The notes under the pieces were generated by a model, which did not search any database, had not been told where the DNA came from, and saw nothing but the letters and a program-made list of their open reading frames with translations. A DNA stretch of 64,000 bases, taken from positions 124,001 through 188,000 of the forward strand of contig NW_026262626.1 in NCBI RefSeq assembly GCF_021869535.1, given 5' to 3'. Source of the DNA: Mytilus californianus. Its lineage: Eukaryota. Shown piece after piece: positions 28,301-38,508 of the stretch (its first letter is position 1; every line of letters starts with the position of its first letter). Both the position numbers and the translations under genes were made by a program.

Positions 28301-28655
28301 TCAGTATCTGTTTTATATACATTGTGTTTGTTATGGGTATAGGAAATCAATCACAACATTGGGTCTTCTCTTTGTTAAATCAATAATAAAAAAAGTATGT
28401 CATCCACATATTTACAAATTTTGCAATTATTTTCTTTATAAATATGTTAGAGGGACGATAGTTTATACTATTGCACGTATTGAAGGACATTCAATATCAT
28501 TATGCTTATCAATTTGCATTTCCAAAACTTTCCATGCAGATATTAATTATAAAAAAACTAATTATACTTACCCCAGATCCCGTTCCATTTTCAATCTTCT
28601 GTCGTTTCTCGGGAGTCGGACCATTACCGATCTTAGAACTGATTCCATTGTCCAT
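10348..28655 (-). CDS. PAH: Phenylalanine-4-hydroxylase, complete, 13 coding exons, 468 aa
   Basis: Exons (minus): 28572-28655, 21669-21791, 20749-20926, 20044-20132, 19290-19357, 18105-18155, 17285-17430, 15362-15497, 14319-14445, 13763-13858, 11594-11727, 10916-11031, 10348-10406. All GT-AG, phases join, total 1407 nt. ACT motifs GAL and IESRPS; [27 protein letters not shown]; iron ligands CHEVLGH and VEFG; YWFT (Trp, not TPH-type Phe) and ITEFQP (not TH-type Asp). Confidence 0.96.
12178..12566 (+). mobile_element. Non-LTR retrozyme / PLE pseudo-LTR, 345-nt monomer with 33-bp terminal direct repeat
   Basis: CGTCTGGCGTATTAAATTATAATCCTGGTACCT at 12178-12210 and 12523-12555; the unit starts at the hammerhead cleavage site; no ORF. 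Confidence 0.8.
12491..12530 (+). ncRNA. Minimal type I hammerhead ribozyme with intact core
   Basis: GTCA-CTGACGA-GTCT-TATGT-AGAC-GAAAC-GCGC-GTC^TGGC: stem I GTCA/TGGC, core CUGANGA and GAAA, stem II GTCT/AGAC, short stem III with palindromic GCGC loop; predicted cleavage after C12526. Confidence 0.85.
12596..12812. repeat. About 165-bp tandem core repeat (helentron-associated/HINE type), about 1.3 units
   Basis: gagagtgctaacaatgcaattttt...ggggcataactc occurs at about 12596 and about 12757. Confidence 0.55.
13222..13533 (+). mobile_element. Pearl/MgE-like non-autonomous helentron-associated element (HINE)
   Basis: AACAAG start, internal (GACG/GAAC)n microsatellite at about 13428-13492, terminal stem-loop ATGCCC-ATAAAT-GGGGCAT and AAAAA end. 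Confidence 0.7.
15981..16334. repeat. 31-bp minisatellite, about 11.4 copies
   Basis: Unit TGTAATGTTTTATAATTGTATATTGATACTA in a PAH intron. Confidence 0.95.
18485..18900 (-). mobile_element. Old degraded Naiad 3' tail (same family as 1211-1880)
   Basis: ataggtcaccgtacgacc..gctataaaagg..ggacagtggtgtagcagcacaacataag..gagtactc align with 1290-1710. Confidence 0.6.
20243..20425 (-). mobile_element. Second retrozyme/pLTR family fragment with inactivated hammerhead
   Basis: Reverse complement of 20264-20304: atcg-CAGAAGA-gacattgattgtc-GTTA-tGCGCaTC-tggt; hammerhead geometry with both core segments mutated. Confidence 0.55.
21081..21291. mobile_element. MITE with 15-bp TIR CAGGGGCGGATCCAG / CTGGATCCGCCACTG
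   Basis: Terminal inverted repeats with 1 mismatch; in PAH intron 2. Confidence 0.8.
23498..24983. mobile_element. 1.49-kb non-autonomous foldback DNA transposon with about 500-bp TIRs
   Basis: 23498 to about 24000 is the near-identical reverse complement of about 24482-24983; termini CACGGCTGG..CCAGCCGTG flanked by TTAAA on both sides. Confidence 0.9.
24198..24330 (-). mobile_element. 3' tail of a CR1/L2-like LINE or SINE
   Basis: Minus strand: GAGCTC-TACA-GAGCTC stem-loop, AATAAA, then (TTAC)n microsatellite tail. Confidence 0.5.
25419..25516. repeat. 41-bp tandem repeat, about 2.4 copies
   Basis: GGAAAACCGACTAAATGACTCCCCTGGCTGTATAGCTAGCT repeated. Confidence 0.85.
26024..26138. repeat. 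23-bp perfect tandem repeat x5
   Basis: GATATTATTGCCTGTACTCAGCA x5. Confidence 0.95.
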
Positions 28656-29990
28656 GTCTAGATTTATTTGATGCAAATATGCTGCCCGTATTTACTTTTA
28701 CAGTTGACGAAAACCGTATAAGTCACGACCTTCACATTGCTTTAAATGGAATAAATAATATTATTGGTCAAAACATGAAAACAAAGGATTCAATTGGTTA
28801 AACCTGACACACCTTTGTTCCATTTTTGTGATAAGCGTAAATACAGACAAGCTTACATAAATATAGACAATATTAAGTGATGGGCATGGATTGAAAAGAT
28901 CTTTAATCAAAACAAAGTACAATAAGAATTATCTACATGACGAAACAGTTAAATGAGCGATTGTAATCAATATAATATAAAGAACTTTAATTTTGAAAGA
29001 AAACGCCCGCAGTTTAGAGATCTTCAAATATAAGTTAAAAATGATTAAGAATAAGAATAAGAAAAGTAATAATTGAGAATAAGAATTTTATTCCAAATGT
29101 GAGGGTCCCAGAAGGCCATAGTAACATATAAACAATAACACTAGAAACATTTGAAGAACAATAAATATCGTATAAAAATACATAACAAGTAGTAAATATA
29201 CTGAGTGCAAATAGAAACATCAAAATAAAAACTCACAAATTTTATTTAAACGTGCACGGGATCATACTGTACAAAATGCAAAGGAAAATTGTTACTCTGC
29301 ATTACTTGTTCATAACATTTGTTATAGGGGTTCATTATGGAGAAATATACCATCCAAAGTAAAAACTTTTTTTTTGGGGGGGGGCTCACAAAGGATATTT
29401 ATCGCTTTTTTTTTTAAATTGAAAATTTATGCAGGGGTTGCGTTTCTTTTAGTACTCAGTATATATTGTAACGTTTACTTACTGAAGTCTCAAGTAAGTA
29501 AGAATTAAAACTGATATTTATATTAAATTGTATGAATCTTATGAATTTGTCACAATGAGATTTACATTAAAATGATTATGATGATGGATTGGTTTTTAAC
29601 GTCCAGTGGCAAATATTACCTGCATGACGAGAAAAAAGTACTGTAATATAAATATGAACCCTTATTATACTAAAACTACACGCTAAATTGGACTTAAACA
29701 TGCATCTTCACAAGGTAACAGTCTGGAAGAAGACATGCAATCCTACCAGTACATATATTATTCGGACTACGCGGCGGCCTGTCTCAGTTTTAACATACCT
29801 CCAATAAATGTTATTGTTTTAGTGGAGAGGCAGCAAATTCCAATTTTCAAGTCTTTGGTTTGACCCGAACAGGAATTTAATCTTGAATCATAGTGTAAAA
29901 ACATTGAAATATAATGGCACAGAAAAGGTTGTAAATTATAGCATTGATATTAATGTAATAGGTTGTAAGTATACGTCGAAATTTACTTAC

Positions 29991-30216
29991 CTTTTGTTTC
30001 AATGCTCAATGATCGAATTTTGAAAGATAAATCTCCCAAAATCAAAAGACGATTTTTCAATATGGCCGCCCGCAAGCAACGTTCGTTTGACTCTGCGGGA
30101 TATATAGATACGCAGCCGCGCCCGGTCAGCATGGTGACGATGCCTTGTGTAACGAATATGCTACACTCTTTGCACTTTAAGGAATCTCTGCAAAACCGTT
30201 TTAGTGTTTAGTAAGT
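29991..30216. promoter_or_regulatory. GC/CpG-rich putative bidirectional promoter with a non-coding first exon on each strand
   Basis: TATATA at 30101-30106 flanked by inverted CTGCG/CGCAG; YY1-like AATATGGCCGCC at 30059-30070; minus-strand donor AAG|GTAAGT at 29991/29990; plus-strand donor |GTAAGT at 30211-30216. Confidence 0.5.
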
Positions 30217-30672
30217 GGCATGTTGCAAGACCAGATACACCCCTCTAAATCATGTCCTCATTTTACAGTGGCAGTCCAAATTTCCCGTCCTCCATCCGGG
30301 CAGGGCATACCTATTTTTTGAATTTGTTCTCGTACATGATTTGCATGACATATTTGCCGCTGTACATTAAGCAAACAACAAAATCAGTCAATCGTTATAC
30401 CTGTGATTTATACCGTATTTTAAATATTGTGTTTAAAAACGGAAAATAATTTCTAATTTGCCGCAGCATTGTACAACCAAAATAGTCTTTAATATCCTGT
30501 ATACTATCTTGATACATACACAAAGTTTTCGAACAAGGAAACATATGAGCAATTGAATGGTCAATAAGTTGGTTTCATGCAAATTTCTAACAACTTTGAA
30601 CTTTTGTAGCACCACGCTAGATTCTGTCAAAATTGGCTCAGCTATTTAGTGGTCTCTATAAGCACATGGAGG

Positions 30673-32182
30673 AAAAACACACCAAATTTTCTCTTTTTTT
30701 CAAGTCATAAATTCTTATTCATTATAAACCAATTAAAAGTTGTTATTTGCAACCAAGCATCTCTGTCACTTATAACCTTTCCCAAAATATCGTTGGTTCT
30801 TTGTCAGGACGCCAATGTAAACACCGTGTAGCGAAGGAGAACAGTACACACTCCAGAAGTAGTATCCATCGTATTGTTCATAACAAGTGAAAATTTATTA
30901 TAATCGTAGTAGTTTATACGTCATGAACGAAGAAATCAGGACAGGACTGTGCCTATAATACAAATGAAATCTTTCGAAGAAACGACTCTTGTTTTACCCA
31001 CAAGAACTCTTAATCTATAGACTTCCTTGAAATGCCTGTACTAAGTCAGGAATATGACAGTTGTTTTCCATTCGTTTGATGTGTTTAGGCTTTTGATTTC
31101 ACCATTTTTGATATAAGGGACTTTCCGTTTTGAATTTTCCTTGGAGCTCGGTCTTTTTGTTATTTTACTTTTTGTAAGCAGCAACCGTCTATCAAGAAAA
31201 TACACACCAAATTTTCTTTTTTTTTCAAGTCATAAATTCTTATTCATTATAAACCAATTAAAAGTTGTTATTTGCAACCAAGCATCTCTGTCACTTATAA
31301 CCTTTCCCAAAATATCGTTGGTTCTTTGTCAGGACGCCAATGTAAACACCGTGTAGCGAAGGAGAACAGTAAACACTCCAGAAGTAGTATCCATCGTATT
31401 GTTCATAACAAGTGAACTTTGTGATAATCGTAGTAGTTTATACGTCATGAACGAAGAAATCAGGACAGGATTGTGCCTATAATACAAATGAAATCTTTCG
31501 AAGAAACGACTCTTGTTTTACCCACAAGAACTCTTAATCTATAGACTTCCTTGAAATACCTGTTCTAAGTCAGGAATATGACAGTTGTTTTCCATTCGTT
31601 TGATGTGTTTAGGCTTTTGATTTCGCCATTTTTGATATAAGGGACTTTCCGTTTTGAAATTTTCCTTGGAGCTCGGTCTTTTTGTTATTTTACTTTTTGT
31701 AAGCAGCAACCGTCTATCAAGAAAAATACACACCAAATTTTCTTTTTTTTTCAAGTCATAAATTCTTATTCATTATAAACCAATTAAAAGTTGTTATTTG
31801 CAACCAAGCATCTCTGTCACTTATAACCTTTCCCAAAATATCGTTGGTTCTTTGTCAGGACAGGACTGTGCCTATAAGACAAACGAAGTCAATCCAATGT
31901 CATATGAGACGTTAAAGATATACTGTAAAGGTAATAATGACGACCCTTAATCTTTCGAAGAAACGACTCTTGTTTTACCCACAAGAACTCTTAATTTATA
32001 AACTTCCTTGAAATGCCTGTACTAAGTCAGGAATATGAGAGTTGTTTTCCATTCGTTTGATGTGTTTAGGCTTTTGATTTCGCCATTTGATAAAGGGACT
32101 TTCCGTTTTGAATTTTCCTTGGAGCTCGTTTTTTTTTTGTTATTTTACTTTTTTGTGAGCAGCAACCGTCTATCAAGAAAAT
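30673..32182 (+). repeat. Tandem triplication of a 525-bp unit containing a retroelement 3' tail
   Basis: Units start at about 30677, 31202 and 31728; copies 1-2 nearly identical; copy 3 has a deletion and an extra segment of about 65 bp. Confidence 0.93.
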
Positions 32183-32934
32183 AAAATGTTATACCCAGTA
32201 GGAAATAAATAATTCATCTACATGTGCTGTTGGAATGTTATAAGGACTTCACATGTTTTTGGAATAACCATTTGGGGCCAAAAGTTAAGAAATACAAGTA
32301 TAAATATACTAGTAGTTGGGAATATCAAAATCAAAAGGGCCTTCTATCTGAACTAATTTTAAGAAAAAAGGAAATTCAAAAGCCATTGCCTTAATCTTTC
32401 ACTTTTAGCTTTTGGAAAAAAAACTTATACTGTAGCTGGTAAATTGAATAAACACTATACCAGAAAATACTAGTAGAGGACATAACGTAAACATGCACGT
32501 ATTGGGCGATGGGACATATAGTTTAAATTGAGTTATCTCCCGTTTCCCAGAAACGATTTTAAAAGATATGCTTCTTCCCCCATATCATTACAAAATGCAT
32601 TATAAGTACAAGTGATAGGTCCAATGCTTAAGTAAAGTATAACTGATGACACTTCAATGGGCGTCTCTAATATTATAGAATTACAAGCAATAAACGTGAT
32701 AAAACATTATGGATAACTCATATTTCACTCATTCTGAATCTCGATTTTGTGAGTTAGTGTTTTCCAGGAGTTAGAACTCACACATATAATGAAAAAAGAA
32801 ATTCGTTCTTCCCAAGTTACATATGTATATGGTTATCCTACTAAATATAAAGCTTCAATACGACTGTTCGGTTAACTCTTGATAATTCCATGTATAAAAC
32901 AAACAAACATAAATTGTTATGTTATGAATTAGGC

Positions 32935-33120
32935 CGTAGGCTTTTCGTTTGAATTGTTTCACATTTTTTATGCCGGGCCCTTTTATAGCCGACTATACGG
33001 TATGGGTTTTTTTCATTGTTAAAGACCATATGCTGGTCTATAATTGCTTACTACCATTTCATTTTAACTCTGCGGTGGATAGTTGTCTCATTGGCAATCA
33101 TACCATATCTTCTCTTATAA
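32935..33120 (+). mobile_element. Short Naiad 3' tail copy
   Basis: ccttttatagccgactatacggtatggg...gttgtctcattggcaatcataccatatcttct, the reverse complement of 1211-1350. Confidence 0.65.
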
Positions 33121-33546
33121 AGATAAACAGATCTACACGAACTTCAATCGTAGTGAGACAAAATGGGTCGACCGTTCAAGCATCTCCTGATACGCATGGA
33201 TTATCCATCAGACGATAAAATGTACTATCACGCCTATTCAGTAGTAAGAGGCAAAGCCTGGAACTGGAAATGTTCTGTAAGTTTTCCCTATTGTAACTAA
33301 CTCGACGAGTCTTATTTAGACTAAATGCGCGTCTTGTGTGTCTGGTATCTTTGATGACTTTTTATAGAATGCACGAACAATAACCTGCAATTTTGATAAA
33401 GAAATTAATAAATTTATGTTCTAATATGTACATATAAGTTTAAAAATATGGAAAAAATAACCGTGGTTGCATAAAAGCGCCGTATATTATAATGTATATT
33501 GGTGTATAACTATATTTTCCACGTACTTGTACTCATACATACCGGG

Positions 33547-33758
33547 TACTGTGGATTCATTTATTTTCGTGGGTACCAATTTTCGTGGATTAAGGAAAAC
33601 TTACATGTTCGTAGATATTTAATTTCGTGTTTTTGCCAAAGTCTGCATACAGGCCTATAGGTAATTTGTCATTCGTTGAACATTTAATTTCGTGGTTCAT
33701 CTGTACCTACGAAAACCACGAATATTGGTATCCAACGAATAATAATGAATCCACAGTA
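33547..33758. mobile_element. TACTGTGGATTCATT MITE, copy 2
   Basis: TIR TACTGTGGATTCATT / AATGAATCCACAGTA. Confidence 0.8.
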
Positions 33759-34102
33759 TATCTTCAGTTTATATGTACTTATGTTTGCATTTCAAACACA
33801 TTGATTGATAGTTATCAGATAAAAACTGGACTGTGTCCAGAGGTATTCATATTGACGAAACAGGTAAGTTGATCAATATATATTTCTCTAAAATATCGAG
33901 TAAAAACCCTGTCAAAATTTCTTTAATTTTATGAGACACTTTGTAAATGTCATTCTTGAATTGTGCATGGTCAGTTGAAATAGTGAACAAAACCATGACA
34001 GATAGAACTACTGAACTATGTTAAGAAATTATCCATAGATTCCACTTACTGGTACCTTATAAGAAAGCGGAATTAATTCAGTTACTGCTGAAGAGGAAGA
34101 TT

Positions 34103-34105
<3 letters not shown>

Positions 34106-34137
<32 letters not shown>
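34106..34137. repeat. (GA)16 microsatellite
   Basis: Direct reading. Confidence 0.95.
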
Positions 34138-34141
<4 letters not shown>

Positions 34142-35302
34142 AAATATAATTTACAAACGGTATTTTTGTAGATTTGCTGTTTCATTAACGTTTATCCCAT
34201 ATGTTTGTCAATGGTATTCCCGTCAATTGTAATTTTTATACCCCGTTAAGAAACGTGTTGACCCCTGTCTATCCTTTAGCTGTCCATACAGTTGTCCGTA
34301 AGTCCGTCCGTCAGTTCGTCTCTCCTGTGAAATTTTCGTAGTATTTTTCTCAGGAACTACAAAATTTTAATCAAGAGTTAACTGAATACTTAAATTTATG
34401 CAACAGTAAATTACCGCTGTTCGAATCTCATAAATCGATTAAGAAGACAAATCAAGGTAACAAACAAAAACTGAAGAACACACAATAACTACGAAGGAGC
34501 TATGCATGCATCAACTACCATTCGAATCCACCCAAGAGCACATGTGTTCATCCCTCATGTTCGGGTTTCAATGCTTTATTTTGTGCCTTTGGTATTTAAT
34601 GTATTTGCTGTTTCTTTTCTATCCCTTGCACTGAAGACCATTTTGAACTGTCAAAAGTGCCAGGTTAATGGAGTAGAAAATTATGTGTATCAATCGTTTA
34701 TGATTTTTTTTTTAATGTTTTATGGTTAGACATGAATTTTTTTTTATGTCTTATGGTTAGACAAGACGCATTCACCAATCCGTTATTGTATGATGCTAAA
34801 TTACTAATATGACTTTTTATACAATAGTAATCAATACCTATACATTGTACAGATTATCAACTGTAAACTAATTCTAACAAATGCATGACATATTTAGTAC
34901 TGGTTATATCATTATATCATATATATATAAAACTCCAATCAAAAGGTTTTAAGTAATTGACGGTATGAAATCCTTGACTTTTATACTTTACTAGGTATAA
35001 ATCGCTTACGTTCTTAAAAATCAAGGATATCATTGCAGACACAGTCTTGGCGAGCGAGTTGAAAAACATAAAGACCGAATGAAGGCATGAAGAAACATCA
35101 CTGTCCATAAAAAGAAAATTAGCAAAATGAAATTTTTGTCGTAAAATTTGATTATTTCTCTTACTCATTCCTAGTTCTCTTATCATTTGTATTACTCTAA
35201 TTTTCTTTAATCCTTTCCTTCTTCCACAGACTCTGAGTAACGGTGAAAATTTAAATATTGAAACATAATCATTGCTTCTCATTTACAGAATTGAAGAAAC
35301 AA

Positions 35303-36295
35303 ATGTCGGAGCTTCCGATACCGGTGATAGATTTATCTAGGGCCAAGACGGACCGGATACAACTAGCGAAAGAAGTCGTTCACGCCCTTGAGAACATAGG
35401 ATTTTTATACATTGATAACGTAAAAGGTATTGATTTTGATAAGTTATTCAAAATATGTCAGTGGTTCTTCGGGTTGCCAATGGAAACAAAAATGGAGTTA
35501 ACAAGAAAAAACTTTAAATCTGAAAACCACAACCTTTATCGAGGATATTTTCCTGTGGTAGAGGGCGAACCAAGCCGGAAGGAGGGATTTGAATTCGCTC
35601 GAGATGTTCCTGTAGACGATAAAACTGTTTCGCCGAACAACTGGATGTATGAAAAATCAGTTTGGCCAGAAGAAAACGGCACCGTTGCTTTTAAGGAATT
35701 CTTACAAAATATGTATGAAATAGTTCACGAAACATCACAGGAAATACTACGACTGGCTGCACTTGGATTGGGGATAGAAGAAAACTCATTCGAACATTTA
35801 TTTTCTGATAAACCATGTTCAACCTTCCGTATAATGCATTACCCTCCATGGGAAGGGAAACCTCCTGAAAACGCAATTATAGAAGATGGAAAAGTTGTGA
35901 CTACGCCTGAGCATATGGACTCCGACTTTTTAACATTGCTTCATATCTTTAATTATGATGGTCTCGAAGTTCTTAATTTGGACGGTAAATGGATAGCTGT
36001 CCCACCTAGGCCAAACAGTTTAATTATGAACATAGGTGTAACGTTCTCACGGATGATGGCTGGACGTTTTAAAGCAACCAGACATCGGGTTTTAGATATC
36101 GGGATAGATAGATTTTCAGTTCCATTCTTCTTATCTCCATCTTTTGACAGTGATATAGGAGTCAATTTCATGTCTAAGTTCACCTCAAATGGACCCGAAC
36201 ATGTTCCTGAAAAATTCGGTCCATGGCTCCTTCATCGGATCAAACACGAAATTAAATATTTTGAATATAGAGACTTGCCTGAAATAGAAGATTAA
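35303..36295 (+). CDS. 2-oxoglutarate/Fe(II)-dependent dioxygenase, IPNS/DIOX_N-like, 330 aa, single coding exon
   Basis: Acceptor ttctcatttacag|35289 precedes ATG 35303 (MSELPIPVIDLS, DIOX_N start; GFLYI; RGYF). Facial triad HMD (TPEHMDSDFLT) and ATRHRV; R-x-S (DRFSVPFF); stop TAA 36293-36295. Confidence 0.92.
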   Translation: MSELPIPVIDLSRAKTDRIQLAKEVVHALENIGFLYIDNVKGIDFDKLFKICQWFFGLPMETKMELTRKNFKSENHNLYRGYFPVVEGEPSRKEGFEFARDVPVDDKTVSPNNWMYEKSVWPEENGTVAFKEFLQNMYEIVHETSQEILRLAALGLGIEENSFEHLFSDKPCSTFRIMHYPPWEGKPPENAIIEDGKVVTTPEHMDSDFLTLLHIFNYDGLEVLNLDGKWIAVPPRPNSLIMNIGVTFSRMMAGRFKATRHRVLDIGIDRFSVPFFLSPSFDSDIGVNFMSKFTSNGPEHVPEKFGPWLLHRIKHEIKYFEYRDLPEIED

Positions 36296-37313
36296 ATATT
36301 GCAAACGAAACATGTACAAAAACCTTTAGCAACTATAAATTAGAAATATAAAAAATCGGCTATGTATTATTTGCTCAAATTTACTAATTACCAACTAAAC
36401 TCTGAGATAAATTAGTCAAAATAAAGGCAAAAATGGGATAAGAATATAAACATGCAATTTGAATTTAATTTGATAATTATATTCATGAGCATGTTTTTTA
36501 TAGTCTTTTGTAAATTCATTCATAACATTTTCAGACTCGTGTTGACTTAAAGAGCTTGACACATTGTGTAGACTCTTGTTGAAAACCGTTTGATGATCCT
36601 CATATAGATGTCTTTTTGTTGTTTGTGTCGTTAGGTTGCTATCTCCATAGCACGTATATCCACATCTCCTTTCATTTTTGTATATGGCATTTCTAATGCG
36701 GTCTTCTGATTTACTGATTGCTGTTTGGAAAACTTCCAGTGACAAATATTTCAGGCATATTCAGGACTGGAACAACTTAACAATAACTCAAAGTAGGCTC
36801 TGCAAAGTGGGGGGACCATAATTATATTGTGTAAAAATTTGGACTCTTACTTTTGAAATTGATGGTATATTTTATACGAACCATATTTTTTGTCCTTGTA
36901 GCAGGCTACCAATGGATCCCTCAAAGAGTCGTTGTAAGTGTGCTTCTAGAGACACATAGACAGCGTCGAATTTAATGTCCCCATTCCGACCGGACGTGAT
37001 TGCGTATACAGACATCACACACCGTCAAACGAACGACCCTCTTTAGCATTGATCTACATCCGACAGGAATCCAGGTGACCATATTTTTATACCCCAGTCA
37101 ACTCGCAGTTTTTCAAAAAATCTTAACCCCCTGAAAGACCAGTCAGTTAGAGACGAATTAAGCGCAATGTTGATAACGTTCCAAACGGTCTACAAAGGAA
37201 AATAAAAATAAACACTAATATAAGACATTGTTTCTCATCCCATATTCTATTGAAACGTCGTAAATATAACTAAAGAATTGATGATCACATATCTAAATTC
37301 ATGCAAGTTCTAA

Positions 37314-37888
37314 CGGTAAGCGGACAGAAAGCCACAGGACAAAAAGTCACAGGACAGAAAGTCACAAATAATTTGTGGACAGTTGTTTACAAACAGAATA
37401 TATATAAGAGAAAGATCTTGAAATATTTACTTTTTATTACATATATTCATTTTACAGTTAAGGAAATTGTTCATTAGCCTTGATAAATGAAGATTTATTA
37501 AATTTTAATATATTTACTTTTTATTACATATATTCATTTTACAGTTAAGGAAATTGTTCATTAGCCTTGATAAATGAAGATTTATTAAATTTTAATCATT
37601 CAAAGGATATATTTCTTGGCACCATGAAGCCGTTTAAGTACCAAGCGACTTTGACATTTTGTTTTCTTTATTTTATCATTATTGATATTTTTTAATAAAT
37701 TTTGTTTTCAAAGTTGGTTAACATAATATACAATAGTTCAAGAAAAATACATTTTTTTTTTAAATAAGTGATTTCTCATTCACAGAAAATAATCTCAAAA
37801 ACTGATTTATGACTTTTTGTCCTATGACTTTTCGTCCGTGACTTTTTGTCTGACTTTTTGTCCTGTGACTTTCTGTCCTACATTCGTT
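37314..37888. mobile_element. MITE with arrays of 14-bp subterminal repeats and an internal 85-bp tandem duplication
   Basis: GGACA(A/G)AAAGTCAC repeats at the left end, inverse GTGACTTT(T/C)TGTCC at the right end; duplicated block at about 37421-37508 and 37511-37595. Confidence 0.7.
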
Positions 37889-38151
37889 CTAACAACAGTA
37901 AGGGAAGTAGGCGGGATTAAGTCAAAATGTGTATTCTTCGATGGTCTGCCGAATTTTAAAACTTTCTGGCCTCTCACACATACTGCCGATTTCAATTGAT
38001 TTCATGATGAGAGACCATGTTACCAGTGTTGGTTTTTTTTCATGATTGTCGGTATTTAACCAAAAGTTGTTACAAAAACCATTAAAATAAATATTAGCGT
38101 GTTATAACGTGTACAAAACACAAGAAAACAAGGCCAATCAAAGTATAATAC

Positions 38152-38508
38152 TGTTGTGCGTTGTGCGTTTGTTTTTTCTATACATTGGCTAGAGGTATAG
38201 GGGGAGGGTTGAGATCTCAAAAAAAATGTTTAACCCCGCCGCATTTTTGCGCTTGTCAGGAGCCTCTGGCCTTTGTTAGTCTTGTATCATTTTAAATTTT
38301 AGTTTCCTGTTTATAATTTGGAGTTTAGTATGACGTCCATTATCACTGAACTAGTATACATTTTTGTTTAGGGGCCAGCTGAAGGACGCCTCCGGGTGCG
38401 GGAGTTTCTCGCTGCATTGAAGACCTATTGGTGGCCTTCAGCTGTTGTCTTCTCTATGGTCGGATTGTTGTCTCTTTGACACATTCCCCATTTCCATTCT
38501 CAATTTTA
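38152..38508 (+). mobile_element. 5'-truncated 3' tail of the 2560-4246 Naiad family
   Basis: Near-continuous similarity to 3885-4240 (ataggggggagggttgagatctc..ggggccagctgaag..gttgtctctttgac). Confidence 0.85.

Noticed and set aside
29590-29900. Possible tRNA-derived SINE (also about 36745-37110)
   Set aside because: Too decayed to identify A/B boxes; no tRNA gene can be supported.
29991-30133. Minus-strand ATG-initiated open frame ending at the 29990 donor
   Set aside because: It spans the presumed TATA box, ends in phase 1 and resembles nothing; treated as a UTR exon.
35258-35302. TTG-initiated N-terminal extension of the dioxygenase ORF (345 aa)
   Set aside because: A splice acceptor at 35287-35288 lies inside it; the ATG at 35303 matches the DIOX_N start.
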